Of a stretch of 64,000 bases of DNA, positions 1 through 9,153 are shown one piece after another; the stretch's first letter is position 1; the number at the start of each line of letters is the position of its first letter. The notes below the pieces were generated by a model, which was not told the origin of the DNA, did not search any database, and saw only the letters and a list, made by a program, of their open reading frames with translations. The stretch comes from an uncultured Gammaproteobacteria bacterium (GTDB taxonomy: Bacteria > Patescibacteriota > Patescibacteriia > S139-126), in the NCBI GenBank assembly GCA_964493305.1, contig CAZBLW010000001.1, forward strand, positions 241,484-305,483, given 5' to 3'. Both the position numbers and the translations under genes were made by a program.

Positions 1-18
1 GGTTCTTTTTATTTTTAT

Positions 19-27
19 TTATCCACA
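19..27 (+). promoter_or_regulatory. DnaA box upstream of the nrd operon
   Basis: Perfect TTATCCACA about 110 bp upstream of the nrdR promoter; a single box could be chance. Confidence 0.4.
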
Positions 28-135
28 GACCTATGTGTCGCTTTTTTAATATTTTGACATTTAATACCAATATTTTTATTTTTTTTGCTTATTTTTTACC
101 GATTTAGAGTCAAAATTTTAAAAGATTGCTAATAT

Positions 136-163
136 TTGACACCACAATATATGGCGTTATAAT
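136..163 (+). promoter_or_regulatory. sigma70 promoter of the nrdR-nrdJ operon
   Basis: TTGACA (136-141), 16-bp spacer, TATAAT (158-163). Confidence 0.8.
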
Positions 164-190
164 AAAAAGTGCGAACACTATATATTGGGT
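142..190 (+). promoter_or_regulatory. tandem NrdR boxes
   Basis: ccaCaAtATaTgGcgt (142-157, the -35/-10 spacer) and acaCtAtATaTtGggt (175-190) match the acaCwAtATaTwGtgt consensus; 33-bp offset. Confidence 0.85.
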
Positions 191-221
191 TCGACTATTT
201 TTTCATCAGTTATCAAAAAAT

Positions 222-671
222 ATGAATTGTCCTCTTTGTGGAAATGATAATACCAAAGTAAATGATTCCAGATCTACACAAGATGGATTATCAATTCGTC
301 GTCGGCGAGAATGTATCAAATGTGGTTATCGCTTTTCCACTTTGGAAGAAACTGAAATTTTAGATTTGACTATTATAAAAAGAGACGGGCGTAGAGAAAA
401 TTATGATAAAGATAAATTGACTAGAGGTTTAGAGAGAGCATTAGAAAAAAGACAACATCACCGAGAACAATTTCACAGTTTAGTTCAGCAAATCGAAAGG
501 GATATTCAGAAATTGAAAAAAAGTGAAGTAACTACTGAACAAATAGGGCAAATTGTAATGGAGAATCTGAAAAAGTTTGACCAAGTGGCCTATATCCGTT
601 TTGCTTCAGTTTATCGAGCTTTTAGTGATACCAGTAGCTTTGTGAAAGAATTACAGCATCTTGAACATTAA
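222..671 (+). CDS. nrdR: transcriptional repressor NrdR
   Basis: CPLC...RRRRECIKC Zn ribbon, ATP cone, DQVAYIRFASVYR; ATG 222 preferred because the ORF-track extension overlaps the promoter. Confidence 0.97.
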   Translation: MNCPLCGNDNTKVNDSRSTQDGLSIRRRRECIKCGYRFSTLEETEILDLTIIKRDGRRENYDKDKLTRGLERALEKRQHHREQFHSLVQQIERDIQKLKKSEVTTEQIGQIVMENLKKFDQVAYIRFASVYRAFSDTSSFVKELQHLEH

Positions 672-703
672 TCAATAAAAAATTTAAATATTAATTTACC
701 CCC

Positions 704-3700
704 ATGCCCAATACATCTGCCTCACAAACAATAGGCCCCATTACCCTTACTTATATTTTGAAGCGCGACGGTTCATCTGAACTTTTCAATTTGGAAAAAT
801 TGAAAAAATCAATTTCTTTGGCACTGACCACAGTTGGTGTTAAGGACAATCCTATATCCAGCAAGGTGGCAGAAGAAGTTATACAAAAAATAAGAGAAGA
901 TATGGCTAGCGGTGGGCTACCCAGTACTTTAGCGATCAGAGAAGCTGTGGAGATATCATTGCGGGAAAGAGGTTTAGGACCAGCCGCTGATGCTTATCAA
1001 CAGTTTTTTTTGTCCCAGAAACAAGGGGTAATGAAACAATCATTAGTAAAAGAAACTATTGAGCCAAAATCCACTCCAGGTTTGCAGTTTGAATATATTT
1101 TTTCTAATCCAGCCCAGCATCCTTTTGCCGAAGTTAGTTGGGAACAACGAAGTGCTAAAATCGCTAGCATTAAGGGGGAGGTAATTTTTGAACAAAATGA
1201 TATTGAGGTGCCGAAATTTTGGTCACAAAATGCTACCAACATTGTGGCTAGTAAATATTTTTATGGCGATCAAAATAAAGGTGAACGCGAGAATTCAGTT
1301 AAGCAATTAATTGATCGGGTAAGTCGGACTATTACTGATTGGGGTAAGGTTGATAAATATTTTAATAATGAAGAATCAGCGGAAACATTTTACAGCGAAT
1401 TAACTTGGTTGATTTTACACCAATACGGCACTTTCAATAGCCCGGTTTGGTTTAATTGTGGGGTGCATCGTTATGATAAGGGTAGTGGTGTGGGTAGATA
1501 TTATTGGAATAAATCAGCACAGTCTGTAAAAGTAGCTACTGATGACTATACTCATCCGCAATGTAGCGCCTGCTTTATTTTGTCGATTGAAGATACAATG
1601 GATTCGATTTTAGACCTAGCCAAAACCGAAGGTATGATTTTTAAATTTGGTTCTGGTAGTGGCGTTAATTTATCACCTATTAGATCATCCAAGGAAAGAC
1701 TGTCTGGCGGAGGTCAGGCCTCAGGCCCGGTGAGCTTTATGAAAGGTTATGATGCTTTTGCCGGAGTGATTAAATCGGGTGGCAAAACCAGACGAGCGGC
1801 CAAGATGGTTATTTTAAATGTTGATCATCCTGACATAGTTGATTTTATCGAAGCAAAAGTCAAAGAAGAGAAAAAGGCTTGGGCTTTGATTGACGCTGGT
1901 TATGATGGCGCAATTGATGGTGAAGCTTACACTTCGATTTTTTTCCAAAATGCCAATCACTCAGTCAGAGTAACTGATGATTTTATGCAAGCAGTAGTTA
2001 AGGATGATTATTATTGGACAAAGAAAATCAAAGACGGAAGCCCTATGGAAAAATTATCTGCTAAAGAAGTATTGAAAAAAATTGCCACCGCCACCCATCT
2101 GTGCGGTGATCCGGGCTTACAGTACGATTCTATCATCAATGATTGGCATACCTGTGCTAATACTGATCGTATTTATGCTTCCAATCCGTGTAGTGAATAT
2201 ATGTTTTTAAATAATACTGCTTGTAATTTGGCTTCATTGAATCTGATGAAGTTTAGAAATGAAGACGGTTCTTTCAATGCCAAATTGTTTGATCGAGCAG
2301 TCCGAATATTTATTACCGCCATGGAAATAATTGTTGATAATGCTTCTTATCCCACCGAAGCCATGGCCAGAAATTCTCATCTGTATCGTACTTTAGGTTT
2401 GGGTTATGCCAATTTAGGAGCGTTGTTGATGAGCAATGGTCTTGCTTATGATAGCGATGAGGGCCGAAGTTTGGCCGCGGCTATTACTGCTATTATGACC
2501 GGGGCAGCTTATGAACAGTCTGGACAAATGGCCAAAGTGGTAGGACCTTTTCCTGGTTTTGCTGACAATCGTGAACCCACCATCAGAGTAATGAAAAAGC
2601 ATTTAGCTGCTGTTGATGATATTAATTCCTTTGGTCATAACGCTCAACTTATAGATTATGCTCGAGGAATTTGGCAGCAAGTAGTTACTGATGCCAACAA
2701 TGATGGTTTACGCAATGCTCAAACTACTGTATTAGCTCCTACCGGGACGATTGCCTTCATGATGGATTGTGACACTACTGGAGTGGAGCCTGATATTGCT
2801 TTGGTAAAATATAAGAAGTTGGTAGGCGGCGGTTATATGAAAATTGTAAATAGTACAGTAGCCCAAGCCTTGGAATCATTGGGTTATAGTCAAGAAGAGA
2901 TTAATCGTATTAGTGAATATATTGATAAGCAAGATACTATCGAAGGTTCTACTGATTTAGATTCTGCTGATTTGTCAGTATTTGATTGTGCTTTTAAACC
3001 CGCCAAAGGTACTCGTTCCATTGGTCATCTGGGACATATTAAGATGATGTCGGCCGTGCAGCCGTTTATTTCTGGAGCAATTTCCAAAACTGTTAATATG
3101 CCAGAAAGTGCCACAGTAGAAGAAATAATGGATGCTTATATTCAGGGTTGGCAATTGGGTCTTAAAGCCTTGGCTATTTATCGGGATGGTTCTAAGCGAA
3201 CCCAGCCTCTCAATACCAACAAAGAAGATGGTAAAGATAAAGAGGGTGCCAAGAAAATTGATTCTTTACCCACGCCAGCGGTCAATGAATATAAACCCAG
3301 GCGGCATCGCTTGCCAGACGAAAGAAAATCTATTACTCACAAATTTGTTATTGGTGGACACTCGGGTTATTTGATTGTTGGTTTATATCCTGACGGTACT
3401 CCGGGTGAAATTTTTGTAACTATTGCCAAGGATGGCTCAGTAATTTCCGGACTAATGGATTCTTTTGCTACCACCGTTTCGTTGGCTTTACAGTATGGTG
3501 TTCCCTTGAAGGTATTGGTTAATCAATTTGCTCATCGTCGATTTGAACCGTCTGGTTTTACCAATAACCCGCAAATAAAAATTGCCAAATCTTTTGTTGA
3601 TTATATTTTCCGTTGGTTGGCTTTGAAATTTTTAACACCCGAAGAAGCTGAGGCGGTAGGAGTCAAACCCAATGGTGAAGCGGAAGCTGCTGCTGTTAAG

Positions 3701-3964
3701 TTTCCGGACAACCGGAATTTAGAAAATGGGTTTTTGGATATCAAAGATGAACCAGAACACAAAACAGTTGGTGAAGAGTTAAAACCCAAAGAAAATCTTT
3801 TTTCTAGTGTCAAAGAAGTCGAAATTTTTGTGTCGGAAAGCGAGCAGTTTACTTTTGACAACCAAGCCGATGCCCCTACCTGTTCGACCTGTGGTGAAAT
3901 TATGATTCGTAATGCCTCTTGTTATAAATGTTTGAATTGTGGAGCTACCAGTGGGTGCTCATGA
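704..3964 (+). CDS. nrdJ: class II (adenosylcobalamin-dependent) ribonucleotide reductase with N-terminal ATP cone and C-terminal TSCPD/Zn-ribbon region
   Basis: FNSPVWFN, QCSACF, NPCSE, ACNLASLNL, APTGTI, GAISKTVN; C-terminal CxxC...CxxC...GCS. Confidence 0.96.
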   Translation: MPNTSASQTIGPITLTYILKRDGSSELFNLEKLKKSISLALTTVGVKDNPISSKVAEEVIQKIREDMASGGLPSTLAIREAVEISLRERGLGPAADAYQQFFLSQKQGVMKQSLVKETIEPKSTPGLQFEYIFSNPAQHPFAEVSWEQRSAKIASIKGEVIFEQNDIEVPKFWSQNATNIVASKYFYGDQNKGERENSVKQLIDRVSRTITDWGKVDKYFNNEESAETFYSELTWLILHQYGTFNSPVWFNCGVHRYDKGSGVGRYYWNKSAQSVKVATDDYTHPQCSACFILSIEDTMDSILDLAKTEGMIFKFGSGSGVNLSPIRSSKERLSGGGQASGPVSFMKGYDAFAGVIKSGGKTRRAAKMVILNVDHPDIVDFIEAKVKEEKKAWALIDAGYDGAIDGEAYTSIFFQNANHSVRVTDDFMQAVVKDDYYWTKKIKDGSPMEKLSAKEVLKKIATATHLCGDPGLQYDSIINDWHTCANTDRIYASNPCSEYMFLNNTACNLASLNLMKFRNEDGSFNAKLFDRAVRIFITAMEIIVDNASYPTEAMARNSHLYRTLGLGYANLGALLMSNGLAYDSDEGRSLAAAITAIMTGAAYEQSGQMAKVVGPFPGFADNREPTIRVMKKHLAAVDDINSFGHNAQLIDYARGIWQQVVTDANNDGLRNAQTTVLAPTGTIAFMMDCDTTGVEPDIALVKYKKLVGGGYMKIVNSTVAQALESLGYSQEEINRISEYIDKQDTIEGSTDLDSADLSVFDCAFKPAKGTRSIGHLGHIKMMSAVQPFISGAISKTVNMPESATVEEIMDAYIQGWQLGLKALAIYRDGSKRTQPLNTNKEDGKDKEGAKKIDSLPTPAVNEYKPRRHRLPDERKSITHKFVIGGHSGYLIVGLYPDGTPGEIFVTIAKDGSVISGLMDSFATTVSLALQYGVPLKVLVNQFAHRRFEPSGFTNNPQIKIAKSFVDYIFRWLALKFLTPEEAEAVGVKPNGEAEAAAVKFPDNRNLENGFLDIKDEPEHKTVGEELKPKENLFSSVKEVEIFVSESEQFTFDNQADAPTCSTCGEIMIRNASCYKCLNCGATSGCS

Positions 3965-4031
3965 CATGAATATAGAAGGTAGAATTTAGAATTTTGAATT
4001 AATTTTTTACTAAAATTAATTAAGTTAAGTT

Positions 4032-4571
4032 GTGAAAATTTATACAAAAAAAGGTGATGGCGGTGAAACTTCGTTGTTAGGTGGTAAACGAGTCAAAAAG
4101 AGTCACCAACGTATTAACACCTATGGCACAATTGATGAGTTGAATAGTTATTTAGGTTTAGTAAGAAGCTATAAAATGAAAGATTGGTATCAAGATGCTA
4201 TATTGAAAATTCAAAAAGATTTATTTACTATTGGCTCTGGTTTAGCTCTTGATCCGAGTAGTCAGGTAAAAAATCTGCCAGAAATAAATGAAGCAGATGT
4301 TGAATTTTTAGAAAAGCAGATTGATGAAATGGAAAAATTTTTACCTCCACTCAAGTCTTTTATTTTGCCCGGCGGTAGTCAGGCGGCAGCTAGTTGTCAT
4401 CTGGCCCGCAGTTTAGTCAGACGAGCCGAAAGAGAACTGATTCGCTTGGATGAAAATGAACCAGTAGCTGAAGTTATTAAAAAATATATTAATCGTTTGG
4501 CGGATTATTTATTTGTTTTAGCCAGAAGCCTTGGTTATGATGAAGGAGTGGAAGAAATATTATGGAAATAA
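4032..4571 (+). CDS. pduO: ATP:cob(I)alamin adenosyltransferase, PduO type
   Basis: KIYTKKGDGGET, YGTIDELNS, FILPGG, RRAER, YINRLADYLF. Confidence 0.95.
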   Translation: MKIYTKKGDGGETSLLGGKRVKKSHQRINTYGTIDELNSYLGLVRSYKMKDWYQDAILKIQKDLFTIGSGLALDPSSQVKNLPEINEADVEFLEKQIDEMEKFLPPLKSFILPGGSQAAASCHLARSLVRRAERELIRLDENEPVAEVIKKYINRLADYLFVLARSLGYDEGVEEILWK

Positions 4572-4612
4572 TATAAATTTAAGCTAGCATTAAGAATTAA
4601 GTATCAAGAAGT

Positions 4613-5071
4613 ATGGAAAAAGAATTATTGCGAACCAGGTTAATATTTTCCGCCATCGTGGTGGTGGTTTTTTTATTAGGAGGTTATTGGTGGCAAAAAA
4701 ATACCGCTCAAGCACCAGTAAATACTACTGAGTCGTCAATTAACATTACAACAACAGATGAAGTTATAACGGCTTATTTAGAAATTGAGGGCGTGAATGA
4801 CCAGGAAATTGCCATCCAGGCTTTGGCGGGTCAGACTTTATTGGGAGTGATGCGACAGTTAAATGAAACAGATCCGAGATTAAATTTACAAACTCAAGAT
4901 TATCCCGGACTAGGTAGTTTGGTAGTACAAATTGGTAATTGGCATAATGGTACTGATAATAAGTATTGGCAATACCAAATCAATGACACTGCGCCCATGG
5001 TGGGAGCAGATCAGTATTTACTTCAAGCCAATGATCGAATCAAATGGGAATTTAAACAGTCAGAATATTAG
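4613..5071 (+). CDS. membrane-anchored DUF4430 (transcobalamin C-terminal-like) protein, putative cobalamin binder
   Basis: N-terminal TM helix; GSLVVQIG...YWQYQIN...PMVGADQYLL..NDRIKWEF pattern. Confidence 0.75.
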   Translation: MEKELLRTRLIFSAIVVVVFLLGGYWWQKNTAQAPVNTTESSINITTTDEVITAYLEIEGVNDQEIAIQALAGQTLLGVMRQLNETDPRLNLQTQDYPGLGSLVVQIGNWHNGTDNKYWQYQINDTAPMVGADQYLLQANDRIKWEFKQSEY

Positions 5072-5072
5072 T

Positions 5073-5633
5073 ATGAAACACATGAAAACATCACACAAGT
5101 TAACTATATTTTTTGTCTTAATTGCTTTAATAATTCTGGCCAGATTTTTACCCCACTGGCCAAACGTAGTTCCAGTGACAGCCGTAGCTTTGTTAGTCGG
5201 AGCTTATCTAAATCGTTATTGGGCAGGAGGGGTGGTTTTGCTCGGAATGATAATAAGTGATTGGTTAATTGGTTTTTATCATTGGCCAGTAATGTTGTCA
5301 GTTTATGGTAGTTTTTTAATAATCGCATTTTTGGGGGGATTGTTAATGAAATATAAATCACCTAAAATTGTATTAATTTATAGTCTGGGGTCATCATTTA
5401 TTTTTTATTTGGTGACAAATTTTGCCGTTTGGGCAAGTGCCAGTTGGTACACTAAAAATTTAAGCGGTTTATGGTTGGCTTATGAAATGGGCTTGCCTTT
5501 TTTGCGCTATACTATCTTGGGTGATTTATTTTATACCGTAGCACTTTTTAGTGCCGCTGAGATTATTAAATGGTTTGTAAATTATCAGACTAAAGTCACT
5601 CAGTCTGAAAAAAAACCTCTTATATATAATTAG
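5073..5633 (+). CDS. BtuM-like / DUF6580 solitary ECF S-component, putative cobalamin transporter
   Basis: RFLPHWPNVVPVTAVALLVGAYL, ISD, FYLVTNFAVW, Y..GLPF..T..GDL; multi-TM; start ATG 5073 or 5082. Confidence 0.75.
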   Translation: MKHMKTSHKLTIFFVLIALIILARFLPHWPNVVPVTAVALLVGAYLNRYWAGGVVLLGMIISDWLIGFYHWPVMLSVYGSFLIIAFLGGLLMKYKSPKIVLIYSLGSSFIFYLVTNFAVWASASWYTKNLSGLWLAYEMGLPFLRYTILGDLFYTVALFSAAEIIKWFVNYQTKVTQSEKKPLIYN

Positions 5634-5658
5634 TCAGTCTAATTATTATAAAAATTAT

Positions 5659-6009
5659 ATGATCAATGACCTAGGACAATCAATTGAGGAAGATATTAAA
5701 AAGTTATCAGAAGAAAATCATGCTTTACTTTTGGAGGTTCATCGTTTGACCAAAAAAATAAATCGCCATATGATTTGGGATCAAGTAATGAGTATTATAA
5801 AAATTACTATTATCATCATTCCCTTATGGTATGGCTATACCATGTTAGCTCCGCAATTAAAACAAGCTTATGGTATGTATAGCAGTTTATTGGGTGGCAA
5901 TGAACCTGACAGTACCAGTAAATCCACTTATCAACTAAATGAAGCCGCGTTAAAGAACTTATCACCTGAGGTAATAAACCAGTTAATAAAATCTGGCATT
6001 ATCAAATAG
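5659..6009 (+). CDS. hypothetical single-TM protein
   Basis: 116-aa ORF, coiled N-terminus, central hydrophobic helix. Confidence 0.7.
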   Translation: MINDLGQSIEEDIKKLSEENHALLLEVHRLTKKINRHMIWDQVMSIIKITIIIIPLWYGYTMLAPQLKQAYGMYSSLLGGNEPDSTSKSTYQLNEAALKNLSPEVINQLIKSGIIK

Positions 6010-6033
6010 TTAATAATTAAATAAAAATGAGTT

Positions 6034-7278
6034 ATGGAGAACAAACCAAGGTCTTTTCCTTTTGTGGTGACCGTTATTTTGTTAGCTATCTTTTTTTCTA
6101 CCTTAACTGGTGGGGTGATGGGATTTTTGGCAGGGATTTATTCTCCGCAGATTGTCAGTCAAATTCATAGTCCCGTACTTAAAAATTTATTGACTGATTT
6201 TGCTCCTCAGCCAAGCCAAAACACTCCCCAGACCATTCAATTGGTAGAAGATTCCGCTACAGTAACTGCTGTTAAGAAAGTTGCTCCGGCTGTGGTTTCG
6301 GTAGTGGTAACTAAGGATTTATCAACTATTTATCAAAATCAATTTCCCTTTGATGATTTTTGGTTTAGTTGGCCCTTTAATTTGAATGTGCCTCAAGTAC
6401 CTGAGGGTAAGCAAGAAGTAGGTGGGGGTACTGGTTTTGTAGTTGATGCGGCAAAAGGTTTAATCGTTACCAATCGTCACGTGGTCGACGATGATCAAGC
6501 TGAATATTCTATTGTTACCAATGATGGCGAACGACTTGATGCCAAAGTATTAGCTCGTGATCAATTTAATGATTTAGCTATTTTACAAGTTGAAGCCAAA
6601 AACTTAGTAGCGGTGGAACTAGGTGACTCAGATGCCTTAGCCATTGGTCAAACCGTGATTGCTATTGGTAATGCCTTAGGTGAATATACCAACACCGTAA
6701 CCCGGGGCGTAGTATCAGGCATTGGTCGGACAATTGTAGCTGGTGGTACTACTGGCAGTGAAAAATTGGAAGGCATAATTCAAACTGACGCTGCTATCAA
6801 TCCCGGTAATTCTGGTGGGCCATTGATTAATTTAGTTGGACAGGTAATAGGTATTAATACCGCTATCGATCGACAGGGGCAATTAGTTGGTTTTGCTTTA
6901 CCCATAAATTCAGTCAAAAAGATTATTGAATCAGTAGAAATAAATGGACGAATTATCAGACCTTATTTGGGAGTACGTTATCTACTAATTAATCCAGACA
7001 TAGCCAAAAAAAATAATTTAACAGTTGATCAGGGTGCCTTGATTACCAGAGGTGATAATATTACAGATTTAGCCGTAATTCCTGGAAGTCCTGCTGATAA
7101 AGCCAATTTACGGGAAAACGATATTATTTTGGCTATCAATGATCAAGAAGTGAGCGTTGATAATTCATTGGCCAAACTAATCCAGCAATTTAGTCCTGGA
7201 GATGAGATTAAACTAAAAATCTGGCGTCAGGGCGAAACTAAAGAAGTCTTAGTAAAATTGGAAGAATATAAAAATTAG
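6034..7278 (+). CDS. htrA: HtrA/DegP-family serine protease with PDZ domain
   Basis: TNRHVV, DLAIL, QTDAAINPGNSGGPL; C-terminal PDZ; N-terminal TM. Confidence 0.95.
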   Translation: MENKPRSFPFVVTVILLAIFFSTLTGGVMGFLAGIYSPQIVSQIHSPVLKNLLTDFAPQPSQNTPQTIQLVEDSATVTAVKKVAPAVVSVVVTKDLSTIYQNQFPFDDFWFSWPFNLNVPQVPEGKQEVGGGTGFVVDAAKGLIVTNRHVVDDDQAEYSIVTNDGERLDAKVLARDQFNDLAILQVEAKNLVAVELGDSDALAIGQTVIAIGNALGEYTNTVTRGVVSGIGRTIVAGGTTGSEKLEGIIQTDAAINPGNSGGPLINLVGQVIGINTAIDRQGQLVGFALPINSVKKIIESVEINGRIIRPYLGVRYLLINPDIAKKNNLTVDQGALITRGDNITDLAVIPGSPADKANLRENDIILAINDQEVSVDNSLAKLIQQFSPGDEIKLKIWRQGETKEVLVKLEEYKN

Positions 7279-7302
7279 AATGATGTTAAATATTTTTGGA
7301 TA

Positions 7303-7336
7303 AAAAAATCCCGACTCGATTGAGTCGGGGTTATTT
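7303..7336. terminator. bidirectional intrinsic terminator
   Basis: cccgactc-gatt-gagtcggg flanked by A and T tracts between convergent genes. Confidence 0.8.
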
Positions 7337-7916
7337 AATTGTGATATCTGGGAGAGTCAATTATGGCCATAATTATTACCAAAGTAATTATTGTAGCTAT
7401 TGCTAATGATTTTTTTAATCCTTCCAATATTGTTGCCACCAATATTCCGCTGGCCAGACTTATTAGTAAGGTAAGAATAATACCCCAACCAGAAAAATTA
7501 AAAAAAACCAAAGCAGCAAAATAGAAAAATAAAGTAAGTTTGACAATTTTGAAAGTGTCAGCAAAGCCACTGTTGAAAGTTACCAGAACGATGAGAAATA
7601 AAATAAGAGCTCCTAAAAGCACCAGCCCAGCGCTTGGTAGGGCAGAGGCTATACCACCAATACCAGCAACAAATAAAAATTGATCAGATTTGGGTAACTT
7701 TTTTTCAACTAAAAATTTTAACAAAAAGATTACCACCGGCAAACAAAATAAATTTATTACTAATAAAGGGCTAAAGGCAAAACTAAAATTAGTTTGCCAG
7801 TTAAACAAATGGGTGCTAGTTAGAGTGATGCTTTGTGTGTCTGGTAATGATTCGGCCGTAGCGATCAAATAGATGGTGATAAAAGTAGCGATTAGTACTA
7901 GCAAGAAAGTTTTCAT
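7335..7916 (-). CDS. orphan multi-TM membrane protein
   Basis: 193 aa, hydrophobic; SD GAGGTG; own TTGACT-16-TATAAT promoter (7996-7969). Confidence 0.75.
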   Translation of the reverse strand: MKTFLLVLIATFITIYLIATAESLPDTQSITLTSTHLFNWQTNFSFAFSPLLVINLFCLPVVIFLLKFLVEKKLPKSDQFLFVAGIGGIASALPSAGLVLLGALILFLIVLVTFNSGFADTFKIVKLTLFFYFAALVFFNFSGWGIILTLLISLASGILVATILEGLKKSLAIATIITLVIIMAIIDSPRYHN

Positions 7917-8036
7917 AAAGACACCTCGTGTTTGATGGATGAAAAATTTTTAAAAAACCAATTAAATTATTATACATTGATTTAGATTAAAGTCAATATT
8001 TTGCTCTGTTTCAGTCAAATGTGTTAAGATGCTGAT

Positions 8037-9134
8037 ATGAAAGAAACCTTAGATAAAATTCAACAATTGCAGGAAAAAATAACTAAAGCCTTGGCGGTGG
8101 TTGATATTGAGAATAAAAAAAATAAACTAACCGAATTGGAAGTATTGATGCAAGCAAATGATTTTTGGCAAGATCAAACTAAAGCTAAAAATATTTCTCA
8201 GCAGGCAGTAGTTATTAAAAGACAAATTGATGAATGGCAAAAATTATCTCAGCAAATTGCTGATGTTTTGATCATTGCCCAAGCAGATGAACAGGAGTTG
8301 GATGTTAATCTACGTGAAGAGATTGATCAGCAGTTAATTATTTTAGAAAATAAATATTTAGTTTTAGAAAGAGAGTTATTGTTAGCAGGCAAATATGATG
8401 CCAACAATGCCATTTTATCAATCTACGCTGGTGCCGGCGGTGATGATGCTCAAGATTGGACAGAGATGCTGTCTCGAATGTATTTACGTTTTTGTGAACA
8501 ACAAGGTTGGACAACTGAAATTTTAGATGCTTCCCGGGGGGGCGAGGTTGGTTTAAAGTCCATAACTATCGAGATCAAAGGTGATTATGCTTATGGTTGG
8601 TTGAAAGCAGAAAAAGGTGTCCATCGGTTAGTGAGATTATCACCTTTTGATGCTGATCACGCCAGACACACCTCATTTGCTTTGGTGGAAATTTTACCGG
8701 TCATGGACGAGTTAGAAACGGTAAAGATTGATGAAAAAGATTTACGCATTGATACTTTTATGTCATCCGGTAAAGGTGGTCAGTCGGTCAATACTACTTA
8801 TAGTGCTGTGAGAGTGGTTCATTTGCCAACTGGGATTAGCGTCTCATGCCAAAACGAGCGCTCCCAACAACAAAACAAAGCGACTGCTCTGAAAATTTTA
8901 CAAACTAAATTACAACAACTTCAAGAAGAGCAACATGCCGCCAGCATCAAAGATTTAAAAGGTCAGCACAAAGAGGCTGCTTGGGGCAATCAAATACGCT
9001 CTTATGTTTTACATCCTTATAAAATGGTTAAAGATTTACGTACCAATTATGAGACTACTGAAACTGACAGGGTACTGGACGGTGATTTAATAGCTTTCTT
9101 AGACAGTTATTTACATCAGCAAACAAAAAAGTAG
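8037..9134 (+). CDS. prfB: peptide chain release factor 2, no programmed frameshift
   Basis: SPF motif (LSPFD), GGQ, WGNQIRSYVL; continuous ORF. Confidence 0.97.
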   Translation: MKETLDKIQQLQEKITKALAVVDIENKKNKLTELEVLMQANDFWQDQTKAKNISQQAVVIKRQIDEWQKLSQQIADVLIIAQADEQELDVNLREEIDQQLIILENKYLVLERELLLAGKYDANNAILSIYAGAGGDDAQDWTEMLSRMYLRFCEQQGWTTEILDASRGGEVGLKSITIEIKGDYAYGWLKAEKGVHRLVRLSPFDADHARHTSFALVEILPVMDELETVKIDEKDLRIDTFMSSGKGGQSVNTTYSAVRVVHLPTGISVSCQNERSQQQNKATALKILQTKLQQLQEEQHAASIKDLKGQHKEAAWGNQIRSYVLHPYKMVKDLRTNYETTETDRVLDGDLIAFLDSYLHQQTKK

Positions 9135-9153
9135 TAAGTTTTATTTACTGGTT

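Noticed and set aside
704-3964. Intein or intron in nrdJ (also considered for ligA)
   Set aside because: Motif spacing looks normal, ORFs are continuous, and no intein splice motifs were seen
3965-4031. Cobalamin riboswitch ahead of pduO or the transporter
   Set aside because: The spacer is short, AT-rich and made of heptamer repeats; no B12-box motifs
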